This document shows, piece by piece, positions 23,517 through 35,644 of a stretch of DNA of 36,934 bases. Each line of letters opens with the position of its first letter. Within the stretch, counting starts at the first letter, position 1. Origin of the DNA: Macrostomum lignano. Its lineage: Eukaryota. A model generated the notes under the pieces. It saw only the letters and a list, made by a program, of their open reading frames with translations, searched no databases and was not told the origin of the DNA. The stretch is from NCBI GenBank assembly GCA_002269645.1, contig NIVC01004727.1, positions 1 to 36,934 of the forward strand, read 5' to 3'. The translations under genes were made by a program, and so were the position numbers.

Positions 23517-23902
23517 CGACTCCCCCCTCCAATTGCGGAGCTCGGAGAAAACAGACTGTAACCGAAGTCTTAAATGGTTGAATAGCTTATATGATCAAAA
23601 CGAAGCGGGTAGGACAGTTGAAATAAATTCTACATGAGAAATCGAACATTAAAAAAAGAGAGAATATTGAGAAAAACTGTCAGAAGACGTTATACGTTAC
23701 AAAGGTTAATAATAAATGTAATCATTTTGGCGAAAAATAACAAAGAACTTGTCGGTTCGCTGTTTCACGCGATACGGCCCTGAGTACGGCCCTCGAGCGG
23801 CGACCGCACACGATCGACCCGAACCCAGACGAATTCAGCCATTTTCAGGTCCTTGGGTACGTAGCTCCGTGGTTCGTGCGTCGTCGCATGTGGACTCGGT
23901 AG

Positions 23903-26724
23903 CTATGTCAGCAGTTCCTGCAGCCGCGTCCGAATATCCGTTGGGGCGAGTGGTTCGGAAGTCAGAACGCGCGGAACCATCGGAAGCTCGCCGGTAACTC
24001 TGGTGAACGGTGATACTCCTTGATCGTCAGGTGCAACGTGCATCGCGAGAAGAGCCACAGGTAGGTCTGTCAGCCAATCATTGCCTCGAGGACGTAGCAT
24101 CGTCTTCAGGGTGCGATGGGCTCGCTTGAACTTGCCATTGGTTTGAGGGTGGTACGTCGTTGTGCGTAATCGATGAAAACCAATTGATGACGAGACCGAG
24201 TGAAAGAATTCTGATTCGAACTGGCGCCCGCGATCAGTGATTACATACAGTGGCACTCCGTAGCGCGAGACCCAGGACGAGACGAATGCATGGGCGACTA
24301 CTTCCGCGGTTATTGATTCCAGTGGTGTAGCTTCTAGCCAGCCAGTCGAGCGGTCGACCATCGTGAGAAGGTAGCGGGCAGACTGGTGGCCGAAGTGGTG
24401 GCATTAGCTGGTGGGAGTGGTCCTACAATATCGATGTGTACCACCTCAAAGCGATTTGATGGTAGTGCAAAGGCCTGTTGCGGGGAGACAGTGTGACGAG
24501 TTACTTTACTCCGTTGGCAGTCCTGGCAGTTCCAGCAGTAGGTCTTGATGGACTTGCACATTCCGGGCCAAAAGTAACGTTCTGTGATCAGTTTTGCTGT
24601 TTTACGGTAGCCGAAATGACCAAGTCGATGGAAGGAAGCAATCACGGCGTCGCGGAGAGACGGCGGAATGATCGGGCGAGGATACAGCGTTGACGTCTCA
24701 CACCAAACGACGACGTCTTTGTCCAGAGAATACAATCGAATATTTCGTGCCGGTGAGAACGACTCCGGTCGTTGTCCTTCAGCGATACTGGGCAGATCAA
24801 CAGGGAATTGGCTTGATGGGGCAGCGACTACAGCGTCTGTTGCGATGTTGGACACGTGATTATTCACTGGGAAGTCAGGCAGTCGAGAAAGGGCATCTGC
24901 TATTACGTTGTCTGCACCGCGAATGTACTGGAAATCTGCCACGTACTCGGAAAAAAACGGTCAAGTAGTCCTGATTGCGATCTGACGTAGTGGTGCGATT
25001 GGCGTGGAAGGCCTGAGCTAGTGGTTTATGATCGGTGAACAAGGTCACGATCCGTCCTTCAATGAGGCTGCGGAAGTGCAACACTGCCAGGTACGCTCGT
25101 ACGCCGCGAGTAGTTCTCGGTCGAACGTGATGTACGTCCTTTGGGATGACGACAACTTCTTGCTGAACATGCCGAGAGGTGACGTTCCGGTTGAAGAGGT
25201 TTGATGAAGAACGGCACCAACACAGTCGGCTGAGGCATCAGTGTACAGGTATCTCCCCGCAGTACAGTTTGGGTCCGGATGATGCAGAAATAGTCTCTCT
25301 GAGAGAACTTGTTTGATGTTTTCGAAAGATTTCTGATGCTGCTCTGTCCATTGTAAGTTTCCTGCTGACTGTAGTCTTGCAGCGGATAGATGCAGTCAGC
25401 GAAATTTGGAACGAATCGGTGGTAGAACCCGACGACGCCGAGGAAGCGCCGAAGTGCGTTCGAATCCGTGGGTGTCGGTCAGTCAGTGATTATTTGGATC
25501 TTCTTCTGGAGAGGTCTTATTCCTTCAGGAGTCACGCGGTGGCCAAGTAAATCTACCTCGGACTGAAAGAATTCACATTTCTTCAAGTGAACCTGCAGTC
25601 CGTGTGTTCTTAGGCGGTCTAAAACTTGTTCTAAATGCGAGTAGTGGTCCTCTCGAGTCTTCGAGAATGTCAGGACATCAACGATGTAAGAGATAACGAA
25701 TGACAGTCCGTGAAAAACAGAGTCGATGAAATGTTTAAATGTTTGTGCTGCATTCCTCAGGCCGAAGGGCATGCATGTGTACTCGAACAATCTAAACGAT
25801 GTGGTGATAGCGGTTTTTCAGATATCCTCTTCTGCGATTAGAATTTGATGAAAGGCGCGAACAAGGTCTAACTTTGAAAACACAGTGCTTCCGTGTAGGT
25901 ACCGAGTGAAGGTTTGAATATGTGGAACCGGATAGTTGTCCGGCTTTGTTGGTTTGTTCAGTTCACGATAGTCACCGCACGGACGCCAGCCAGCTCCCTT
26001 GGTGCCATGTGGAGGGGTGACGCCCAAGCGCTTGAGGATGGTCTGAGGTAGCCGGCATCGATTAGCTGCTGAAACTCCTGCTTTACAGCCTGCAGTTTTG
26101 CAGGGTGCAGTTGCCGGGGTCGCAAGTGAACCGGTTGTCCACTACCAGTGTCTAGCCGGTGAACAGTGTCGTGCTTGACCTCTGAAGCTGGCGGAAGGGC
26201 TCCGCCTTCAACGAAAGAAAAACAATCTGCAAACTTTGTAAACAGCGTACTCGTCCGAGAATCCAGGTTGAGTGGCAGTTCTACCGACACAGTGAATGGG
26301 CCAGAATGAACATTTGAAATTGACAAGGTAACAGTGGACAGTCCTGTTTCTGAGTCTCGAACGTGTTTGCGCTGGCAATCGACAACTGGCAAATCGACAA
26401 TCTGGCAATCGACAACTAACCCATGGTGAGCCAAGAAGTCGTAACCAATGATGGGTTTTACCACTGAGGCGACGAGAAAGGTCCACTGGAAGCGCGTCGC
26501 AAACGGTGGATTGAGACATCCAGTAGGACCGACCCGCAAACTGGTATGGCGGCTCCGGTAGCAGTAATTAAACGAACGTTTGTATCTTGAACGAGTACGT
26601 TAACGAGGTGAGGTGGAACAATGGAAACCGAAGCTCCGGTATCCACAAGAAACTTGCTGTATGTATTGTTGATTTTAACATCTAACTCCAAACAGGTGGT
26701 CGATGGTATCTTGGCACTGCGCAC
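23903..26724 (-). pseudogene. Gypsy pol (protease, RT, RNase H, integrase) broken by many frameshifts and stops
   Basis: FLVDTGASVS (PR); WRPCGDYRELN, FSKLDLVRAFHQI, MPFGLRNAAQTF, SYIVDVL (RT); TDHKPL (RH); HRLGHFG..C..C, HIDIVGPLP, TDRGRQFES (INT). Confidence 0.9.
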
Positions 26725-26989
26725 CGCGACCTCGGTCGCAGTGCGACTTAGCTTTTTGGCTGTCGAGAAGGTGATGGTGAACGCGACTGAGATGGCGTTT
26801 TTTCATTAGGATGCGGCACTCGGATCGGAAGCGAGCTGTCCTTGGGAAACTGGCACCAGGGGCGACACGACTATGGCGGCCATAGTAGAGGTGTGAGCGG
26901 CAAACGACGGGGCGTTGGCCAGGCTTAAATGGGTCTGTTCCAGTGGGCTTACCAGGTGCATGTCGTTGTGGAGCTTGCTCAGAACGCTG

Positions 26990-27650
26990 TTAGGGTGTCC
27001 GGTCTGCACCGGTCTGCTGAATTGGGCAAACCGTCGCTGGTGATGGAGAGCTAAGGCCTCTAACGATCAACATTGAGTCAGCAATCTCGGAAATTTGCTG
27101 GGATGACTGCTGTTGGAATCCCAAAAGTGCGATACGAAGGTCCTGGGGTAGACAGCGCATCAGCGTGGCGTTGAGGAGTTCCTCGTCGGGCTGTATCCGG
27201 CACTGCTCCATCTTGCTCCGGAGCTTGCGCATGAAAATTGATGGCTTGTCTCCTCCGAGGTCCGAGACTTGCAATACTTCCGAAACCTTCTCCTGCTGGG
27301 ACTTCTGCTGAGTTGATGTTATCGTTGTCTTCAATTGTTCGTACTGTTTTGGGAGTCTGAGCGGACAAATGCAGGGCCGCGATATCTTCCGGTAGATGAG
27401 AAACTAGGTGGTAAAATTTGGCGGTCTCGTTGGTCACCCTGTTGAGCATAAATTGGGCCTCCAGCGTGAGGAACCATGCTTCCGGGTTGTTGCGATAGAA
27501 GATTGGCAGCTTCAGGTGGGCCAGGGAGACTATAGCGGTGTCGGCGGCGTTTCCTAATGCAGGTGTAACCACTGGTGCGGCCGAACTTGGTGCGGCTTGC
27601 GTGGTTGTAGGTGGTGTAGGAGCGGAACTGTTGCTGGCACTGTCCGTCAT
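26990..27650 (-). pseudogene. Gypsy gag, frameshifted near 27335
   Basis: LKLPIFYRNNPEAWFLTLEAQF...KFYHLVSHLP, continuing in another frame as DLGGDKPSIFMRKLR...MRCLPQDLRIAL. Confidence 0.8.
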
Positions 27651-27715
27651 TGGATTCGTCTTATGTGAGTACTGAGTATGCGGGTAATATCTTTCGCCGC
27701 CTCACCAGACCAATT

Positions 27716-27888
27716 TGTAGTAAAACTATAAGAAAACTTAAGAGTTGAATTGCAAATATATTTTATGAGTTAACGATGTAAGGATTGGGGCGAGAAACTT
27801 AACTGCGAGAAAGAACTGTAAAAAGAAAATTAGTCTGGCAAATTATGACAACTGAGTCGCAAATAAAAAGTATAACAAAATACCCATA
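27716..27888 (-). repeat. Gypsy 5' LTR (173 bp)
   Basis: Partner of 23343-23516. Confidence 0.92.
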
Positions 27889-28955
27889 GTAGGTAGACAT
27901 GACCGCTGTGGTTTTCGACTCTGAGAGTCTGAGACCAAGTCTGAGACCAGACACTCTCTGGACAGGTGCAATTTCTGAGCAAGGTGAGTGTGGGTAGCCC
28001 TGGACTCTAAGCTCTCTGCCAAAGGCCTCGAAGAGGACATTTGTCGAAGGCCCCCTGAATGTTCAGGAAAAGCAATCAGTTCAAGACTTGATAGACGACA
28101 CAGGCTAAACAGTCGAGATGTAAGTGTTTGGTATTTAAATTAAGCCGTATGTAATAATAATCGGAATTGATTCTTCAGATGGGATCCTGGGGCATTTTTC
28201 TTGACGCAATAATAATTTGGCGGTACCAGTAAATATAACCAAGAGAAGTAACACAACAGCTAATTGACTCCTATAGTAACTAGTAGCGAGTAACTTCTAG
28301 TGTTCTTTGTGCGGACCTGGAGGAAATGGATGAAGCAACAAGTTAGTGAAACACATCTACCGATGAAAATACCTCGTATTGGCTATCTCATGAAATGCCT
28401 GCATCGTTAAGGACAAAACAGAGCTAGACTAGCTAGAGCAACGCGTAACTCAATACGCGCAGCCTCATCAAGGATGCGGTGGATCAGCTGATAGTGAGAG
28501 CTAGCAAAAACAATTAGATAGCTAAGTGAGTCGAAATTTAGTCATGTTAAAAATAATTTTTACAATTTTATCTGCAGAAACAGTTTTACATGCCCAGCTG
28601 AAAGAACTCACTCAGCTACAAAATTATAGTTGATTTTTTCAACTCGTGAATTTTACATGTATTTAGGTAAAGCACTCTTTTGAGAATCAAAAAAATGTTT
28701 GTTGTCATTTGTATGCATAGATAATCAATTCAAGAATTCCATTCGACAAATTGAATGCTCTGGTAGATTAATGTTTGAATTAAGATAAAATTTTTCACAG
28801 AAAGGAATGTCAGTTTTTGTTTAAATTAAAATTCCATTGTAGCTACTGAAATTCAATAAAAACGACTTTAAAAAGCAAGAACCATTTTAATATTATGTGA
28901 GAAAAACATTTTACCGGCTATAATTAATTTTCTTGATTAAACAGACAAACAAGCG

Positions 28956-30745
28956 ATGCAGATGTCCTTAGCCACAAGCACTGCTGTCTTGCTGATAAGC
29001 GCTGCCATTTTGGCCAACTTCTTTACACACGTGGAGTCCCGTAAGTTGACAACTCAAGATGTTTTCTTGTGTGTTGCTTTTACTGCCGAATTTCAGATGA
29101 TGTCAATCCTACATTGAATTAATTATCTGTCATAAGTCCACCTAGGAAAAAACATACAAGTTAAGTAACTATTTTGTTAAATTTAGCTTAAAATTCTTTA
29201 GCGAGGAATTGGGGGGTCCGTAGGGAATAGCTGAGATGTCAAGACTCAGAGTATGATTGCTGAAATGCTGTGGCTCAAGACTCCTGGAAGAATCGCTTCA
29301 ATTCCAAAGCCCAAAAGGGGGTGCTGTCATGCTGATATCAACTAACAATAGTAACTGTAAAAGGTCAAAAGCCGCATGTTCTAGTTTATTCAAAAAATTG
29401 ATTCCTTACCTTTTGCTTCCCCCAATGAGGGGCGAAGATTGCTAGTCCTATATACTAAATATAGTCCTTATGTATATCCTTAATGTATCTTCTCCAACGG
29501 GTTTTTCTTGACCAAACCTTATGCAGCGCACTATCAAAAATGAAATATTTGCGAAATCTGCTTCATTACTCTTCATTTAGTCTTCTTTTCAATTTTGTCG
29601 TCATTGGAAATAAGCATCGAAAAGCACACATTTGGTTTGTTTTCAAAATAACAAAAACTATCTGGGAATTCAAAATGCATAAATCTCGAGGATTAATTGC
29701 TCAAAAGTTGAGAAAGTTCCACCTCGAGAATGCATTTTGAACCGAAACTGGTTTTCAGTGAAAGTTTCTTGTGCGAGTGTAGCACATTTCTAATTGTGCA
29801 GTTCGATATTTCTCCTATCGCTGTCAGAGTGCTACATATTTTACCTATAATGCGTTTACTTTAACAACATATCACCATCTATCAATACACCCAGTTCGCA
29901 AAAAAAATTGTCAAAACAATTTCAGTCATGATCAGCAAAAAATGTAAGTCTTTTCTTCTTTAAAATTATTCTGCAAATACGTGCACTCGTGGTATAGGCG
30001 TTGCTGCATTTGCAAGCCGCGCAATATCCCCCATTCTGACAATAAAGTTTTTGCCATAGACTACGATGCGGAGGGGCAAAGGAGCTCAACGTTGAACGCG
30101 TCTGACTCCTTCGCCACGAACGTGGAGGAAGGAATAGAATGGAGTGCTAATCTGTGCCAGTTATTTTTGTCTCGCTCGATCGACCTTCACTTTTTTAGCA
30201 TCCCTTTCCTCCCGTTCCTTCCTATTGGCTACATTTATACATTTCAGAGGTAAATGTATGTCCCACAACGGCAACGTCTGCACAGAAAATGAGTGCTTAT
30301 ATTATTTAATTGCTTTACCTAATTGCTCTGATGTGACTTTAGACTGAGACCTACTCACATTGCCGGTAGAGAGTAGTGGGCAACGCAGCGTGTTGGCACT
30401 TTTAACTGTATTATTTTCAGTCGTCTCATGCATTTTTCAGACGAGTACCAAGGTTGCTTCGTACATGCCCGAGAAGCACAAGCAATACCGTTAGGGCACA
30501 AAGTGGACAACTCGTCCAAAATGACTGCGGACGTCTGCGCTGAGGACTGCAGCTGGAATGACTACGCTTACTTCGGGCTAAAGTCCGGTTCAGAGTGCTG
30601 GTGCGGCAACCGAATTAACTCAATCAAAATTTCATTCAACTTTTGCAACAGGATTTGCAATGGCAACTTCCAAGAAACATGCGGCGGGAGCAGTCATGTG
30701 CAAATTTACAAGGGAGTCAGTCTTGCCAGCTTGAAGAAAAAGTAA
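28956..30745 (+). CDS. Secreted WSC-domain protein; signal-peptide exon 28956-29040, WSC exon from 30441; 3' end unresolved
   Basis: Exon 1 reads MQMSLATSTAVLLISAAILANFFTHVES and ends at a GTAAGT donor (phase 1). A phase-1 acceptor TTTTTCAG precedes EYQGCF...MTADVCAEDC...YAYFGLKSGSECWCGN...CNRICNGNFQETCGG, a canonical WSC cysteine pattern. Intervening exons are not excluded. Confidence 0.75.
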
Positions 30746-30767
30746 GTCGCGTGCCATTGTTGAAACA

Positions 30768-31375
30768 CCTCTCTACTACAGCACTCCACTACAGCAACTC
30801 TCCACTACAGCACTCCACTACAGCATTACTCCACTACAGCACTCCACTACAGCACCTCTCCACTACAGCACTCCACTACAGCACCTCTCCACTACAGCAC
30901 TCCACTACAGCATTACTCCACTAGAGCACTCCACTACAGCACTCCACTACAGCATTACTCCGCTACAGCATTACTCCACTACAGCATTACTCCACTACAG
31001 CATTCCACTACAGCACTCCACTACAGCATTACTCCACTACAGCATTCCACTAAAGCTTTACTCCACTACAGCATTCCACTACAGCACTCCACTACAGCAT
31101 TACTCCACTACAGCATTCCACTACAGCACTCCACTACAGCATTACTCCCCTACAGCATTTCACTACAGCACTCCACTACAGCATTCCACTACAGCACTCC
31201 ACTACAGCATTACTCCCCTACAGCATTTCACTACAGCACTCCACTACAGCATTCCACTACAGCACTCCACTACAGCACTCCACTACAGCATTACTCCACT
31301 ACAGCATTACTCCAATACAGCATTACTCCACTACAGCATTTCACTACAGCACAACTCCACTCCACCACTCCACTA
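30768..31375. repeat. 13-16 bp minisatellite (ATT)ACTCCACTACAGC
   Basis: Tandem array directly after the WSC exon. Confidence 0.95.
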
Positions 31376-31728
31376 GTCAAGGACGGCTCCAACAAGATCC
31401 TACTGGACCAGGCTGCCAATAATGCGGCCGTACATAAGAGATTGTGGGCCAGTAGCTGCAACAACCAATGTTCATCTAACTTTTTCAGACTGCATATTAA
31501 TGACACAAAATGTTTCGGAATGCTCGTGTTTGAAATATTGCTCTCTGATCAATCTAATAACCCAAAGCTGCATTCATGATGTGAGAGCCGATAAAGCCAC
31601 AAATAAACTGATTTCGTGCAATCTCAGCCTTTCCTTTTTCCGTTAAAATTTCTTTGACAAACTCTCGGCTGATGCTGAGACAGCATGTCATTACTGTGTA
31701 TTGAATTGCTCGCATTTAGGAGCTAAAT

Positions 31729-31888
31729 ACAGATGAATAACATATCTAACAGCTGAATAGCATATCTAACAGATGAATAACATATCTAACAGCTGAATAG
31801 CATATCTAACAGATGAATAACATATCTAACAGATGAATAGCATCTCTAACAGCTGAATAACAGATCTAACAACAGAATAACATATCAA
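31729..31888. repeat. 20-bp minisatellite ACAG(A/C)TGAATA(A/G)CATATCTA, about 8 copies, alternating variants
   Basis: Directly visible. Confidence 0.9.
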
Positions 31889-32058
31889 ATAAAAATACGC
31901 TCGTACGCATCAAAATCAAAACAGAAGAAGAACAATAAGTAATATTGTGGGTTTTTATTGGATTAATAGAAAAAAGTGGATGAAGGCCAGATTTTGCGGT
32001 TTTTACATCTGTTCATTAGGGCAGGTGTAATCAATTATTGTTATTATTTACATTGATA

Positions 32059-33067
32059 TAGTGCCTTAGTGTACTAGTGCCTTAGTGTACTAGTGCCTTA
32101 GTGTACTAATGCCTTAGTGTACTAGTGCCTTAGTGTACTAGTGCCTTAGTGTACTAGTGCCTTAGTGTACTAGTGCCTTAGTGTACTAGTGCCTTAGTGT
32201 AATAGTGCCTTAGTGTACTAGTGCCTTAGTGTACTAGTGCCTTAGTGTACTAGTGCCTTAGTGTACTAGTGCCTTAGTGTACTAGTGCCTTAGTGTACTA
32301 GTGCCTTAGTGTACTAGTGCCTTAGTGTACTAGTGCCTTAGTGTACTAGTGCCTTAGTGTACTAGTGCCTTAGTGTAATAGTGCCTTAGTGTACTAGTGC
32401 CTTAGTGTACTAGTGCCTTAGTGTACTAGTGCCTTAGTGTACTAGTGCCTTAGTGTACTAGTGCCTTAGTGTACTAGTGCCTTAGTGTACTAGTGCCTTA
32501 GTGTACTAGTGCCTTAGTGTACTAGTGCCTTAGTGTACTAGTGCCTTAGTGTACTAGTGCCTTAGTGTAATAGTGCCTTAGTGTACTAGTGCCTTAGTGT
32601 ACTAGTGCCTTAGTGTACTAGTGCCTTAGTGTACTAGTGCCTTAGTGTACTAGTGCCTTAGTGTACTAGTGCCTTAGTGTACTAGTGCCTTAGTGTACTA
32701 GTGCCTTAGTGTACTAGTGCCTTAGTGTAATAGTGCCTTAGTGTACTAGTGCCTTAGTGTACTAGTGCCTTAGTGTACTAGTGCCTTAGTGTACTAGTGC
32801 CTTAGTGTACTAGTGCCTTAGTGTACTAGTGCCTTAGTGTACTAGTGCCTTAGTGTACTAGTGCCTTAGTGTACTAGTGCCTTAGTGTACTAGTGCCTTA
32901 GTGTAATAGTGCCTTAGTGTACTAGTGCCTTAGTGTACTAGTGCCTTAGTGTACTAGTGCCTTAGTGTACTAGTGCCTTAGTGTACTAGTGCCTTAGTGT
33001 ACTAGTGCCTTCGTGTACTAGTGCCTTAGTGTACTAGTGCCTTAGTGTACTAGTAGTGCCTTAGTGC
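32059..33067. repeat. 16-bp satellite TAGTGCCTTAGTGTAC, about 63 copies
   Basis: Highly homogeneous array. Confidence 0.98.
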
Positions 33068-33622
33068 TTTACTGATAAGTCGTACACGCTGACAGACCCG
33101 CTCGAACAGCAAGCTGACGTGGGAGCGCACTGGCCTACTGCTACCTTCAAGATAATCGCCGATCGATTCACTATCGCGGCACTGCAACGCCGCCCTGGCC
33201 TTGGTCCAACCAAACGACCTGTTGCACCGTCAGGAACTCCAGCTGGAAGCACGCATCATCCGCTCTGAGTCTGCCCTTACCAGAGTTCGACCACCCGCTG
33301 ATTCAACAATGCCTGTAGCGGCCAATTTTTTCCGAACATTCGAAAAAGTTGTTCAGTAGTGACTACTTACAGTAACTTGCTCGCGTGCATACAATTTTAT
33401 TGAGAAAAATTCAATCAAAACAGATGGAACGCGCGCTCTTCAAGTGTTACAGAAACTCCAGGCAAAAACGGAAAATTTGTGGCGTTGATTTTATTTTTAT
33501 TTTACAAATTCGCGAAACTTTCAGCGCCGACTGGAGACACGTACGAGTTCCGTTAGTTTTTTTTGAAGAGAAAAAAAAACTATTTTTAAATGGTGTTTGA
33601 ATGTTCCAAACGCAACGGTTTT

Positions 33623-34036
33623 TCATTCGATCTCGTTGACATTTTTCACGATCCAGTCTACCAGTCGCTGTTTGATGCTATCGTAGCTCATGTTCTCAAA
33701 GTTCAGGTCGAGTCGCAGCGGCTCGTACTCAAAACCGGACGGTGCCCACATCTGCACGTAGGGCACGGTGACTACGTCCTTCACCTCGGGTATGTTTGGC
33801 CGCTGACATTTTGACGTGTCAAGTGCAGACATTCGGATGGCCAGCTTGGCGTTAACCAGGCCCTTGGACTTCCACTGGCCTAATGACCATCTGCTCAGAT
33901 CGTCGAAAATCGGTATGAGCTTACTCTGACAGATCTGGCAGGTCTGGGCGCTGTAGAGCAGCACCTCGACTCGCTGGCTTCTGTACTTGTAGCGCACAAT
34001 CTCCTCTGCGCTGATCCAGGCTAGCGAGGCAGCCAT
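33623..34036 (-). CDS. Small thioredoxin-fold protein (137 aa) with a CQIC motif; may be a terminal exon
   Basis: VEVLLYSAQTCQICQ..LIPIFDDLS matches the strand-CxxC-helix pattern; VTVPYVQMW fits the cis-Pro loop position. Uninterrupted GC-rich ORF. Confidence 0.6.
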   Translation of the reverse strand: MAASLAWISAEEIVRYKYRSQRVEVLLYSAQTCQICQSKLIPIFDDLSRWSLGQWKSKGLVNAKLAIRMSALDTSKCQRPNIPEVKDVVTVPYVQMWAPSGFEYEPLRLDLNFENMSYDSIKQRLVDWIVKNVNEIE

Positions 34037-35067
34037 GACTGCTGGCCGGCTTCCTTGACAAATCGGTCAATTGATAACTCTTGCTTAGCGCATGACTGGA
34101 TGGATTATAATTAAATGCTTACTAGTAGCTCCTACTAGAACTGGCCATAGACTATACACGAGTTCGAGTTGAAGGCGAGATGGGTTAAGTGCCAGGGGCT
34201 ATTTTTAGAACCCGCTTAGCAACTAAAACAATAGGGGGAATATGCTATACGAGTAATAGAATTAGAGTTGAGTTGAATATTCGGCGAGTCGGGTTGTTGG
34301 ATACAAAAGCGGGCCTTCTCTATTGACTATTGTCTCTCCTCTATTTGCTCATATATTGCGACATTCATATTGATAGTTTATACAGTATCAATTATTCAAT
34401 TAATAAAGAAACTCAGAAAAATGGTTTAACTTGTATACATTGTATGAAATTATCGTTGAAAAAAAACTTTTTTTTCAGTACAAATTGCTTCGAGCGGTAT
34501 CTCAGTTTTAATCAGTCTAATATTTCACAGCTACGCTACACACGGTGGGAAGACGACAGACACAAGGGAAGAAGCGCGTGAGCCTCCGGACAGTTGCAGC
34601 AAATAAGTTAAGCCAGCTTTCTTATCTATACGTTGGATTTAATTCCTGCAAACGCTTTTGCTGTCCATGAATAACAGATAAAAGCTGCTGTTTAAAGGAA
34701 TGGAGGGGTATATTGCAGTGTGGACGCTTAACTCTATATTTGCAAACAAATTACACTATGGTTAATATCTCTGTGTCCCATGTATATCCTGCCCTGATAA
34801 GGATAAACGCGAATTTCTGGGCTGCCTAATGTAATGAGTAGGGAAGAGGAGTTGTTTAGATAATAACTGAAGTCTCCATGAAATCTCCTGAAATAACCCA
34901 GATATGATCGAGAGGTTTGGTAGTTTGAGTTGAGGGAGAAATTTACACAAGTTTCTGTTCGGTGTTGAGCCTCTGGGATTCATAAAGGTTTCATGGAAAA
35001 AATATTTTCAATTTGAACTCAAAGCTTGATCTTTTTTAACTCGGTTCATAAATATTGTATCTTCGCG

Positions 35068-35450
35068 TATTGGTGTATTAGATTACGAGCGTATTAGTGT
35101 CTTTGTTTATTTGTGTATTAGTGTGTTAGCGTATTGGTGTATTAGATTACGAGCGTATTAGTGTCTTTGTTTATTAGTGTATTAGTGTGTTAGCGTATTG
35201 GTTATTAGATTATTAGTGTCTTAGTTTATTAGTTTATTAGTGTGTTAGTGTAATTAATTCATTTGTGTATTAGTATATTAGTACATTAGCGTATTAGTAT
35301 ATAAGTATATAAGTATATTATTGTTTTAGTTGATTAGTATATTAGTGTACTAGTGTATTAGTGTACTAGTGTATTAGTGTACTAGTGTATTAGTGTATTA
35401 GTGTATTAGTGTAGTACTGTATTAGTATATTAGTGTATGTTAGTGCAATT
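35068..35450. repeat. Degenerate TATTAGTG/ACTAGTG low-complexity repeat with an internal ~45-bp direct duplication
   Basis: GTATTGGTGTATTAGATTACGAGCGTATTAGTGTCTTTGTTTATT occurs twice; (GTGTACTA/GTGTATTA)n lies near 35345-35410. Confidence 0.8.
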
Positions 35451-35644
35451 AGCTCAATTAAGTGTATAATTTATTTAGGCTTCTAAAATGAGACCCGACA
35501 AAGTTTTTGTAGATACAAAACAAGCCTTGCAAATCTAAAGCGCGCAAAACTGAAAAAACAGCTCGAAGTACTTGGATTCGCTGAGGATACGAAGTTTTGC
35601 ACTCTTAGCACACACGCTCACACAGTAGTGCATTAGTGGGGTCG

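Larger units (their letters stand above)
23343..27888 (-). mobile_element. Full-length but decayed Ty3/Gypsy LTR retrotransposon
   Basis: Direct LTRs at 23343-23516 and 27716-27888; 4-bp TSD GTAG (23339-23342, 27889-27892); PPT-like GGAGGGGGGAG next to the 3' LTR; PBS-like AATTGG next to the 5' LTR; domain order gag-PR-RT-RH-INT. Confidence 0.93.

Noticed and set aside
30241-30256. TTTCAG-AG-GTAAAT as a 2-nt microexon in the WSC gene intron
   Set aside because: It would break the phase that already joins exon 1 to the WSC exon, and such motifs arise by chance.
33070-33345. GC-rich coding-like patch (..HCNAALALVQPND..)
   Set aside because: No start codon or convincing splice pair, and no family recognised.
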